A stretch of 43,070 bases of DNA. Origin: a virus. Position 1 is the first letter of the stretch, and each line of letters starts with the position of its first letter. Below, piece by piece: positions 8,448 to 15,915 of this stretch. Under the pieces are notes generated by a model. That model did no database searches, was not told where the DNA came from, and saw nothing but the letters and a program-made list of their open reading frames with translations. Location of the stretch: positions 1 through 43,070 of IMG/VR virus record IMGVR_UViG_3300045988_050530; one strand, written 5' to 3'. The translations under genes were made by a program, and so were the position numbers.

Positions 8448-9989
8448 ATGCGTGATATCATTCTGTCGCTTGACCGTTTTGGCGATCAAGCGCTTCTGCT
8501 TGGGCGCGTCGGCGAAAATCGCGCGACGCGGGTACTGATCGACATAAAAAGCATATTGAGCCAGTATCCGGATGCTATTGCGTCGATCACGGTCAAGCCG
8601 CCTGGCCGGGCGGAGTATCCGGCGGCGGTGAAGCAAGAGGACGGTATCCTGACGTGAGAGATCACGAGAGCGGACATCGGCAATAAAACCGGAAGCGGGC
8701 AAGCCCAAATCACAATCCAAGACGCGGATGGCACGATCATCAAGACCGCGATTGCCTGTACGCGCATCGGCGAGTCTCTTGGCAACGCAACTGCCCCAGC
8801 GCCTGATCCTGTTGAAACATGGATCGACAAAGCGACTGGCACACTGGCCGACGTTGAACGAGCGGGAAACGCCGCGCAAGCGGTCGCGGACGAAGTACAG
8901 CGGCGGTTGGACAACGGCGACTTTGTGGGGCCGCAAGGCCCGCAGGGCGAAAAGGGCGACCCCGGCGCGAAAGGCGAGAAGGGCGACCCGGGCGCACCGG
9001 GCGCGCAGGGCGAGAAGGGCGACCCGGGAAAAGACGCGCCGCAGGAAGTTGTGCTGTATACGGCGCAGACGCTTGATGATGCGCAAAAGGCGCAGGTAAG
9101 GGAGAACATCGGGGCGGCGGATGCAGCCCGGCAGAACATCCTTGTGGGCAGCGAGACGGGCAACCCGATTGCCGTTGATGATGCCTTTGCCGCTCCGCTG
9201 CGCGGTTTGACCGTGTACGGCAAGAGCACGCAGGACGGCACGCCCACACCGGATGCACCTGTTCCTATCGTGAGCGCTGGTGACGGCGGGAGCGTGGTGG
9301 TGACCTTGAGCGATGGGAACGGCAAAACGCAAACTCTCACCCTGCCCACCTCTAACGGCTTACCCGGTATTCCTGTCACCTCTGGCGGCAACTACACTGA
9401 CCCGCAGGGACAGCAGTGGGTGTGCGATGAGATTGACTTAGAGAGAGGAGTGAAGGTGCAGAGAATCGCAAGTTTCGTGATTAATGCTAAAAATGCAAAT
9501 GGTATTTCTGTGACGAACGTGTATACAAACGTTACTGCAGCCACAAGTGCGCGTTTAGCAACTCCACAAAAAACGAGCAAAGGTATGCGACTCGAAAAAT
9601 GCGTATTTTGCGAAGCGCTGCCATGGGCGCGTGATGTATGGGGTAGAATCATAAACTCGATAAATTATGTCGAAGATAATTCTGTCGATTTCATAATCGA
9701 AAACTCCTACTTAGGACTAAGCGAAGCAAGCACCGTGGATGAACGAAAAACTGCACTGGTTAAATACTTTACAGATAAACCTTGTCGAGTTGTATACAGG
9801 ATCGCCACCCCCATCGAAACCCCGCTCACCCCCGCCGAACTCGCCGCCTACAAAGCGCTGACTACCTACGCGCCCGACACCGTGGTGCAAGCGAGCGACG
9901 GCGCGGGGCTGAAACTGGACTATCAACGAGACGTCAACATTGTGATCAAAAATCTTGAGGACGCGATTGCGTCTATGACTGCGACCTAA
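8448..9989 (+). CDS. Collagen-like tail fibre / receptor-binding protein, single reading frame interrupted by one in-frame TGA at 8655-8657
   Basis: 8448-8654 and 8658-9989 are in the same frame. There is no ATG/GTG/TTG in the 249 nt after the TGA, yet the sequence looks coding. A GXY collagen run and a distal domain follow. Confidence 0.6.
8928..9029 (+). repeat. Collagen-like Gly-X-Y coding repeat (GPQGPQGEKGDPGAKGEKGDPGAPGAQGEKGDPG)
   Basis: Eleven consecutive GXY triplets with internal DNA repeats of GGCGAGAAGGGCGACCCGGG. Confidence 0.9.
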
Positions 9990-10003
9990 AGGAGGGAAAG
10001 CAT

Positions 10004-10234
10004 ATGGCTATCAAAAGCAAAGCCCGGCACGACCTGACCCTGCGCTCTATTAAGCGCGAGATCGCCGCCAGACGCGACGTGGCGTACTGGCTGGACAAGG
10101 CATACACCCATCTGGACAGCGGCCTGCTGACAGAGGACGACATCACGGAAATTGAAGCCCTTGCGCAGGCATATTATGATGCGCTGGACGCGGCAGAAAG
10201 GGAAGAAGCTGACGACGGCCTTTCAATCGTCTAA
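10004..10234 (+). CDS. Hypothetical acidic protein
   Basis: ATG preceded by AAAGGAGGG. 76 aa. Confidence 0.55.
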   Translation: MAIKSKARHDLTLRSIKREIAARRDVAYWLDKAYTHLDSGLLTEDDITEIEALAQAYYDALDAAEREEADDGLSIV

Positions 10235-10249
10235 GGGAGGTGGGTGTCA

Positions 10250-11032
10250 ATGATTCGGGCGAACGCGCTTATCGCGCTATTTAGGCGCATGCTGGACGAG
10301 CACTGGGCGTATGAGTGGGGCGCAGCGCGTGAGGGTTGCGTGGACTGCTCAGGGGCTTTTGTGTGGGCGTACAGACAGCTCGGCGCGAGCATCGAGCACG
10401 GCAGCAACTCCATTGCACATTTGCGCGTCGGTGAGTATGTGCCTGTGGCGAAGGCAAAACCGGGTTATGCGGTCTTTAAGTTGCGGGCGTGGCGAGACGA
10501 TAGCGACAACGGCGGCAACCGCTGGTTTGGCCAGCAGCCCGGCGATGTCTATCATATCGGTCTGATGGGCGACGACGGAAAAGTGCTCAACGCGCAGAGC
10601 ACAAAGACGGGCTTTGTCGCGTCGCCCGTGTCGCAAAATTGGTCGTTCGCCGCCCCGCTAAAGGCGGTCAGTTATTCAGATAACGATGAGGGAGGTGATA
10701 CTATGTTTGGCAACGCAACGGTCAAGACGCAAAGGGCGGGCAGTTACGTCAATCTGCGTGAGGGCGCTTCCACGCGAGCGGCTGTGATCGGCAAGGTCTA
10801 CGACGGCGAGCGTGTCAACGTGCTGCGCGAGGCAGGGACAGGCTGGATTTACGGCAAGACGCAGGCTGGCGCGGAAGGCTACATGTCGGCGGATTACATC
10901 GTCGAGGACGCGCCAGGCGCAGATGACGCGGAGGATGACGGCGGCGAAGAGACTGCCAGCACAACCACGCTGACCGACGGCAACGGCACATATGTGACGC
11001 TGGTCGGGCGGTGGAGGATTACAAAAGACTGA
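10250..11032 (+). CDS. Endolysin: NlpC/P60-type cysteine peptidase + SH3b cell-wall-binding domain
   Basis: Catalytic-type Cys in GCVDCSGAFVWAY and His in VYHIGLMGDDGKVLNA. SH3_3-like segment ATVKTQRAGSYVNLREGASTRAAVIGKVYDGERVNVL...GYMSADYI. ATG 10250 lies 9 nt after AGGGAGG. Confidence 0.85.
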   Translation: MIRANALIALFRRMLDEHWAYEWGAAREGCVDCSGAFVWAYRQLGASIEHGSNSIAHLRVGEYVPVAKAKPGYAVFKLRAWRDDSDNGGNRWFGQQPGDVYHIGLMGDDGKVLNAQSTKTGFVASPVSQNWSFAAPLKAVSYSDNDEGGDTMFGNATVKTQRAGSYVNLREGASTRAAVIGKVYDGERVNVLREAGTGWIYGKTQAGAEGYMSADYIVEDAPGADDAEDDGGEETASTTTLTDGNGTYVTLVGRWRITKD

Positions 11033-11056
11033 TGAGGTGACGGATAGGTGGACTTG

Positions 11057-11263
11057 ATGACATGGCTTCCGGCGGTTGCAAGCGCGGTCGGCAGCCTTGC
11101 AGGCGTGCTTGCATCCAATAAGCTGATGCAATATCGCATTCAACAGCTTGAGACTAAGGTCAACAAGCACAACAGTATCGTCGAGAGGACGTACAAGCTT
11201 GAGGGCGAGGTCAAAGAGCTTCAGCATGACATACGAGACTTAAAAGGAGATATCAAGGTATGA
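11057..11263 (+). CDS. Membrane-anchored coiled-coil protein of the lysis cassette (holin partner / XhlA-like, uncertain)
   Basis: N-terminal hydrophobic segment WLPAVASAVGSLAGVLA followed by a heptad-like helix. ATGA overlap with the holin gene. Confidence 0.5.
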   Translation: MTWLPAVASAVGSLAGVLASNKLMQYRIQQLETKVNKHNSIVERTYKLEGEVKELQHDIRDLKGDIKV

Positions 11264-11514
11264 GGATTAACTGGTTGGTACGCTTTCACAACAAGACGTT
11301 TCTGGCGTCGTTTCTGGCGCTGGTGATCGCGTTTGTTTATAATCTGCTGGCGCTGTTTGGCGTAACGCCGACGGTGCAGCAGGACGCGCTTTTGACTGCC
11401 GTCAACGCGATCCTGACGGTGCTGGGCATGATCGGCGTGATCGCCGACCCGACGACCAAGGGCATCAGCGACAGCGCGCAGGCGATGACCTACGACAAGC
11501 CCAAGGAGGGATAA
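11260..11514 (+). CDS. Holin (phi LC3-type)
   Basis: 84 aa. Hydrophobic segments FLASFLALVIAFVYNLLALF and AVNAILTVLGMIGVI. The N-terminal MRINWLVRFHNKTFL and the DPTTKGISDS motif resemble phi-LC3 family holins. It is adjacent to the lysin. Confidence 0.75.
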   Translation: MRINWLVRFHNKTFLASFLALVIAFVYNLLALFGVTPTVQQDALLTAVNAILTVLGMIGVIADPTTKGISDSAQAMTYDKPKEG

Positions 11515-11529
11515 GGGAGGCGGTTTCCC

Positions 11530-11757
11530 GTGCGCCTTGATTTTGACAGGCGCACGAAAGAAGAAATCGCCCGCCGCTGCGGCTTTGACGAGCACGTCCG
11601 GCTGGGTCAGGTCTTTGATTTGCTCTGGCGTGGTTACAGCATCGTGCAGATCAGCATGACGCTGGGCATGTCTCCGGCGACCGTCAGCCGTAGCATTCGC
11701 GAAATTAAAAGACGAATGTCTGCATCTATATATACGGATGATAATACCCCGGCCTGA
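11530..11757 (+). CDS. Small HTH protein (sigma-70 region-4 / LuxR-like helix-turn-helix)
   Basis: GTG start after AGGGAGG. HTH-like YSIVQISMTLGMSPATVSRSIREIKRRM. The stop codon sits in the loop of the terminator hairpin. Confidence 0.6.
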   Translation: MRLDFDRRTKEEIARRCGFDEHVRLGQVFDLLWRGYSIVQISMTLGMSPATVSRSIREIKRRMSASIYTDDNTPA

Positions 11758-11774
11758 TGGCTGGGGCTTTTTTT
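11747..11774 (+). terminator. Rho-independent terminator (copy 1 of duplicated cassette)
   Basis: CCCCGGCC-TGAT-GGCTGGGG hairpin followed by CTTTTTTT. Confidence 0.8.
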
Positions 11775-11810
11775 AATGCAAAAAATAAATAAAAATAATT
11801 TGAAAAACAC

Positions 11811-11839
11811 TTTACAAGTAAATTAAAATAATGTACAAT
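11811..11839 (+). promoter_or_regulatory. Sigma-70-type promoter (copy 1): -35 TTTACA, 17-nt spacer, extended -10 TGTACAAT
   Basis: Read directly. Preceded by an A/T-rich UP-like tract. Homologous to the 14299-14327 promoter. Confidence 0.65.
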
Positions 11840-11885
11840 ACAGACATAAAGAACAAGGAAAACAACCAGATCGGAGAAAACAAAA

Positions 11886-12101
11886 TTGAAGTACATCATT
11901 AGCTATGAGCGAAACGACGTCTACCAGTGCATTGGAATAAACGCCCAGACCACAGAGCAAGCCGCCGCTTACTTTTCCCAGTACAAGCCTAGCGCCCAGA
12001 TCCTTGGTATCAGTGAGCGCATGGAGGACAAGCCCGGACGCCCTGTTATCACGGTACCCGATGATTTTGGGGTAAGCCTGGAACCGCAAGCGCGATCTTG
12101 A
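11886..12101 (+). CDS. Hypothetical protein (moron cargo 1)
   Basis: The TTG start occupies exactly the position of the ATG in the duplicated leader (AAACAAAATTG vs AAACAAAATG). 71 aa. Confidence 0.5.
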   Translation: MKYIISYERNDVYQCIGINAQTTEQAAAYFSQYKPSAQILGISERMEDKPGRPVITVPDDFGVSLEPQARS

Positions 12102-12168
12102 GATCGGCTACATCGACAACATGACCGGCGCGCTCGTCGCTGCGTAAAAGCAGAAAGGAAGGAACAAC

Positions 12169-12618
12169 ATGACTATTATCGAAGCAAAGAAGCGCATTGA
12201 TGACGCCCTGATCCCTCTCAAGTATTCCCGCACCGTTTGCTGGGATTCCGACCTCGAGGATCGGCTTGTCAACCGTTACGCAGAAGAATACGCGGGCGGA
12301 ATGGATTTCGCATTAACGCCCGCCGCTCGAATGATGGGCGGATGGGGCAACCGTCCCGATGACGCAGATGATGATGAGCAATTCGCTATCATCGCGCGCA
12401 GAATCTTTGACACGCTAAACGAATCCGCCGTCAAGCACTGGCTGACGGCCATGCCACGCGATCACGCCGCCGCGATCTACGAAGAACTTGGATATTACGA
12501 GGGCACAATCACGTATTCTCATGTCGAGATGTGTGGCAGTTTGTTTCGCCACAGGTGGAACGGCTGCCACCCCGACGACGAAATCCCGGTCAATCCTGAT
12601 TTTTTGCCGAGTGTTTAA
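12169..12618 (+). CDS. Hypothetical protein
   Basis: ATG preceded by AAAGGAAGG. 149 aa, no recognisable motif. Confidence 0.6.
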   Translation: MTIIEAKKRIDDALIPLKYSRTVCWDSDLEDRLVNRYAEEYAGGMDFALTPAARMMGGWGNRPDDADDDEQFAIIARRIFDTLNESAVKHWLTAMPRDHAAAIYEELGYYEGTITYSHVEMCGSLFRHRWNGCHPDDEIPVNPDFLPSV

Positions 12619-12633
12619 GATGTAAGGAGGTAC

Positions 12634-13272
12634 ATGATGAGCAAATTTGTAGTCGAGATTAAGGATGATCAGGCATACTTGACAACGCCGTATAATCCGG
12701 TATATGTCCAGCGCATTAAGCAAATTGGTGCCAGATGGGATGCCTCTAGCAAACGCTGGCGCATCAATGCCCAGAGCGTCGATGTGGCACGCAAAATCAT
12801 GCGAGAGATTTACGGCGAGGACGATCAAGAGCAGAACGAGAAAGTTACGGTCATCGCCACTTTTGCTGCGGAACGGTCGGCCTTGTGTAGTGCTTACTGT
12901 CTACTTGGCAAGGTCATCGCTCGAGCATACGGCAGAGATTCAGGCGCTCAGGTTGGCCCTGACGCAGCTTTCGCCGCAGGAGCGCCTCAGAGCGGCGGAA
13001 GTGTTAAAAACTGGCGAACGGTCATTCCCGCTGGTAGCGTTGTCGAGATTTATAACGTCCCCTTACAATTCGCAGAACAGGAAATCAAGCGCAACAAATC
13101 GCAAGACGATAAAATCGAATTTGAGATTAAAAAAGGATCGTGCAAAATTGACCGCGAGGCGTTGGCGGCAGAACGAGAACGGCTTTTGCTTCGCATCTCT
13201 GAGATTGACCAAATATTGAAAAGCCAAAAAGAAAAATCGGGAGATTGCTCCCCCGATTTTCCTCTTGCCTAG
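12634..13272 (+). CDS. Hypothetical protein with small N-terminal ARWD..K.W domain (DUF5710-like) and C-terminal coiled coil
   Basis: TAAGGAGG RBS. N-terminus YLTTPYNPVYVQRIKQIGARWDASSKRWRI resembles the small domain found fused to plasmid primases/topoisomerases. Recognition from memory only. Confidence 0.6.
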   Translation: MMSKFVVEIKDDQAYLTTPYNPVYVQRIKQIGARWDASSKRWRINAQSVDVARKIMREIYGEDDQEQNEKVTVIATFAAERSALCSAYCLLGKVIARAYGRDSGAQVGPDAAFAAGAPQSGGSVKNWRTVIPAGSVVEIYNVPLQFAEQEIKRNKSQDDKIEFEIKKGSCKIDREALAAERERLLLRISEIDQILKSQKEKSGDCSPDFPLA

Positions 13273-13411
13273 TTGATTTTGCACTAGATAAGTCAACGTT
13301 TCAATCCACACGAGGCGTTGCCTCGTGGCCGTCTTCGGGGCGTCGCCTCCGAGACACCATTATTATAAGACGACTAATTACATTTGTCAAGAAACGGAAA
13401 GGGGAAAAAAC

Positions 13412-13906
13412 ATGAACATTAAACAGCTGCGCGTCTTGCGCGGATTGAAACAGAAGGAGCTGGCGGATAAGATGGGTATATCCGCCCAGCAGCTCAATAA
13501 TTACGAGGGTGGGCAGAGCAACCCCGGAAACAAGATTCTGCCTGCGCTGGCGGACGCGCTGGGCGTTTCGACCGCCTACCTTCGGGGCGACGCGCAGAGG
13601 CTGGCCGTCTATGATTGGGAGACTGGATGCACGCTGGCACTCCCAATCGTGTCCGAGACGGTGATCGACGATTACGGCATTTTCTACCTCGTCGAGCACC
13701 CGGAAATCGGAGTGATGGCGGTGATCCAGTCCGAGGGCGTGCAGTTTACCCTCGCGAGATGGCAGGATGATCCGCCGATGACTGTTGACAAGATCGCTAG
13801 TGCGCGCTGGGTAGATTCGCGTGGCGAAGACGCGATAATGTATAGGGGCTTGCCGCGCGTCCTCGTTGGCGGTGAGTTTGGCAGCAAGAGGGATCGGCTC
13901 GGTTAA
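13412..13906 (+). CDS. XRE-family HTH regulator with ~100-aa C-terminal domain of unknown function
   Basis: MNIKQLRVLRGLKQKELADKMGISAQQLNNYEGGQSNPGNKILPALADALGVSTAYLRG is a canonical Cro/C1-type HTH. I trimmed the track ORF to ATG 13412. Confidence 0.8.
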   Translation: MNIKQLRVLRGLKQKELADKMGISAQQLNNYEGGQSNPGNKILPALADALGVSTAYLRGDAQRLAVYDWETGCTLALPIVSETVIDDYGIFYLVEHPEIGVMAVIQSEGVQFTLARWQDDPPMTVDKIASARWVDSRGEDAIMYRGLPRVLVGGEFGSKRDRLG

Positions 13907-13951
13907 AATCAACAAAATATTAACCGACAAAAAAGGAAAGGAAGAAAAAAC

Positions 13952-14233
13952 ATGAAAATCCCAATTTACAAATCTTATGGTGTTCTGGCGCACGAATATC
14001 AGCCGGTTTATACGTGGGCATGCCCGCAGAGCGAAATCTATGATGAGATCATCGTGGAGGTACCGAACGTTGACGGCGAGAATTGCTACGGTCAGCCGCT
14101 CGTTAATTTTGGCGACGGGGTTGTTTATCCGCTCCCGATGGTGCTTGACAACTGGGGCGACGAGCCAGCGCTTATCTGGTATGATGGCGCGGTGCGACAC
14201 CACAAAATCTTGAAAGCGTATACAAAACTATAA
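13952..14233 (+). CDS. Hypothetical protein
   Basis: ATG preceded by AAAGGAAAGGAAG. 93 aa. Followed by a terminator. Confidence 0.6.
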   Translation: MKIPIYKSYGVLAHEYQPVYTWACPQSEIYDEIIVEVPNVDGENCYGQPLVNFGDGVVYPLPMVLDNWGDEPALIWYDGAVRHHKILKAYTKL

Positions 14234-14238
14234 GATAT

Positions 14239-14269
14239 CCCCGGCCTGATGGCCGGGGCTTCTTTTTTT
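14239..14269 (+). terminator. Rho-independent terminator (copy 2 of duplicated cassette)
   Basis: CCCCGGCC-TGAT-GGCCGGGG perfect hairpin followed by CTTCTTTTTTT. Confidence 0.85.
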
Positions 14270-14298
14270 GTAAAATAAAAAAATTATTTATAAATCGC

Positions 14299-14327
14299 TT
14301 GACAAGTAAATTAAAACAGTTTATAAT
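14299..14327 (+). promoter_or_regulatory. Sigma-70-type promoter (copy 2): -35 TTGACA, 17-nt spacer, -10 TATAAT
   Basis: Consensus hexamers read directly, with an A/T-rich tract upstream. Confidence 0.75.
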
Positions 14328-14370
14328 ATAGCCATAAGAACAAGGAAACAACGTGATCGGAGGAAACAAA

Positions 14371-14745
14371 ATGAAAAAGAGCGAAGAGTACAAAATTGCC
14401 GAACGCCGCCACAAGTTCCGCGACGCGATCCCGGGTCTCAAGGAGCTCGAGGCGGCGAGAGAAGAGTGGGCGGCCTACCGCGAAGCGTTTTCACGGGCTG
14501 TGCACAGCGGCGACGGCATCTATCCCGCAAAGCCCAAGAGCGATCCGGCGGAGCTGAGCGCACAATACCCGATGGCGGCCGCGATGCTCCGAGCAGAAAG
14601 CTACTCTCGAGCCGCCAACTACCGCAAGGCCAGCGCAGGCAGAAAAGCCGTCGAGCGCATCCTTGACGGCGAGGAATGGGAAAAGGCCGTCAGCGACATG
14701 GAGACTGAGTGGCACGAGGCGGCGCTCGAACACATGTGGGACTGA
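14371..14745 (+). CDS. Hypothetical protein (moron cargo 2)
   Basis: ATG 14371 lies 7 nt after GGAGGA. I trimmed the track ORF (GTG 14353). Bounded by its own promoter and terminator. Confidence 0.65.
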   Translation: MKKSEEYKIAERRHKFRDAIPGLKELEAAREEWAAYREAFSRAVHSGDGIYPAKPKSDPAELSAQYPMAAAMLRAESYSRAANYRKASAGRKAVERILDGEEWEKAVSDMETEWHEAALEHMWD

Positions 14746-14765
14746 CAAAAACCCGATATAAATCT

Positions 14766-14798
14766 GACGTGCATCTGATAGGTGCACGTCCTTTTTTT
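14766..14798 (+). terminator. Rho-independent terminator
   Basis: GACGTGCA-TCTGATAGG-TGCACGTC hairpin followed by CTTTTTTT. Confidence 0.8.
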
Positions 14799-14806
14799 AT
14801 GCCAAA

Positions 14807-15202
14807 ATGAAGGCAGAAGCAGGTGAGAGCGTGTTTGTTCCGTTTAATCCAAACCCTTTTCGATCTCGCGTCGGCGACTGTGCAATTAGAGCTGTAAGCA
14901 AGGCCACAGGCCAAACATGGGAAAGCGTCTTCATTGCGCTTTGCCTTGACGGCTTTTGCGCTGGGGATATGCCGAACGCAAATCACGTCTGGGGCGCGTA
15001 TCTTAGGCGCAAAGGCTTCAAGCGTCACAGCATCCCGGAGACGTGCCCGGACTGCTACACGGTTTCGGATTTCTGCCGAGACTTTCCGCGCGGCGTTTAT
15101 GTTTTGGCGACAAATGGACACGTTCTCGCGGTCGTGGACGGTGATTGGTATGACACATGGGACAGCGGCGGCGAAACGCCCCTTTACTACTGGGAGGGAT
15201 GA
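14807..15202 (+). CDS. Putative papain-fold cysteine peptidase-like protein
   Basis: N-terminal GDCAIRAVSKATG (candidate nucleophile Cys) and C-terminal TNGHVLAVVDGDWYDTWDSG (candidate His/Asp). Start uncertain: ATG 14807 or GTG 14831. Confidence 0.55.
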   Translation: MKAEAGESVFVPFNPNPFRSRVGDCAIRAVSKATGQTWESVFIALCLDGFCAGDMPNANHVWGAYLRRKGFKRHSIPETCPDCYTVSDFCRDFPRGVYVLATNGHVLAVVDGDWYDTWDSGGETPLYYWEG

Positions 15203-15205
15203 TTT

Positions 15206-15652
15206 ATGGCCTATCCGATTCAAGGTTGGCAGCAGCCATACGGCGGTTATTACCCACCTATGCAAGACCAACTCGCGCAGCTCAGATCACAACCATACAT
15301 GCCGCAGCAGCCAGCGCAGCAAGCGCCAGCTCAAAATAGCGGCGGAATCATCTGGGTGCAAGGCGAAGCGGCGGCGAAAAGCTACCCGGTCAGCCCCGGA
15401 AGCGGCGTTCTGCTGATGGACAGCGAATCTTTGACGTTTTATCTCAAATCTGCGGACGCAAGCGGTATGCCGTCTATGCGAATCTTTGACTACACCGAGA
15501 GGACAGCGTCGAGGCAAGCCGAGCCTTCCGTGCAATCAGCCGAGTATGTAACCCGCGACGACTTCAACGCGCTCGTGGCGCGTGTCGATGCGCTGACAAA
15601 AAAGCCGAACAGAAAAAAGGAGGATGCAACCGATGAGCAACCCGCTGTTTAA
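15206..15652 (+). CDS. Hypothetical protein with Gln/Pro/Tyr-rich N-terminus and conserved-looking core IIWVQGEAAAKSYPVSPGSGVLLMDSESLTFYLKSADASGMPSMRIFDY
   Basis: Starts 4 nt after the preceding stop. Low-complexity N-terminus followed by a compact domain. Confidence 0.65.
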   Translation: MAYPIQGWQQPYGGYYPPMQDQLAQLRSQPYMPQQPAQQAPAQNSGGIIWVQGEAAAKSYPVSPGSGVLLMDSESLTFYLKSADASGMPSMRIFDYTERTASRQAEPSVQSAEYVTRDDFNALVARVDALTKKPNRKKEDATDEQPAV

Positions 15653-15863
15653 TGCGATGCAGGGCATGTCTCGGAATCTTCCCGGACAGATGGGACAGTT
15701 TCAGCAGATGGCGCAGGAGTTCAAGCGGTTCAAATCTGAGTTTAGAGGCGATCCGCAGCAAGAGGTTCAGCGCCTACTCAACAGCGGCAAGATGACGCAG
15801 CAGCAGTTTAACCAGCTCTACGGCATCGCCCACCAGTTCCAAAGCCTTTTTGAAGGTCTCTAG
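15633..15863 (+). CDS. Hypothetical Gln/Met-rich small protein
   Basis: ATG 15633 lies 9 nt after AAAAGGAGG and overlaps the upstream gene end. 76 aa (MSNPLFNAMQGMSRNLPGQMGQFQQMAQEFKRF...). Confidence 0.6.
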   Translation: MSNPLFNAMQGMSRNLPGQMGQFQQMAQEFKRFKSEFRGDPQQEVQRLLNSGKMTQQQFNQLYGIAHQFQSLFEGL

Positions 15864-15915
15864 CGGCTAAATCCGTGCGCACGGTTAGCGATAAAAAACG
15901 AAAGGACGTGTGGAA

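Noticed and set aside
8655-8657. Genome-wide TGA->Trp (code 4) recoding as the explanation for the in-frame TGA
   Set aside because: TGA terminates many well-delimited genes here. It often does so in ATGA/GTGA start-stop overlaps (3503-3506, 4270-4273, 28414-28417, 37449-37452, 42992-42995). No suppressor tRNA gene was found.
8409-9391. Two overlapping ~300-aa minus-strand ORFs (8409..9332, 8486..9391) opposite the collagen-like fibre gene
   Set aside because: These are shadow frames of the GXY-repeat region (Arg/Pro/Ala/Ser strings). The + strand frame has a coherent domain structure.
6478-9989. Diversity-generating retroelement acting on the fibre genes
   Set aside because: There is no reverse transcriptase ORF anywhere in the window. 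I could find no template/variable repeat pair with adenine-specific differences.
13301-14203. 300-aa minus-strand ORF opposite the XRE regulator and the 93-aa gene
   Set aside because: There is no RBS. It is antisense to a canonical HTH gene with a good RBS. The composition looks non-protein-like.
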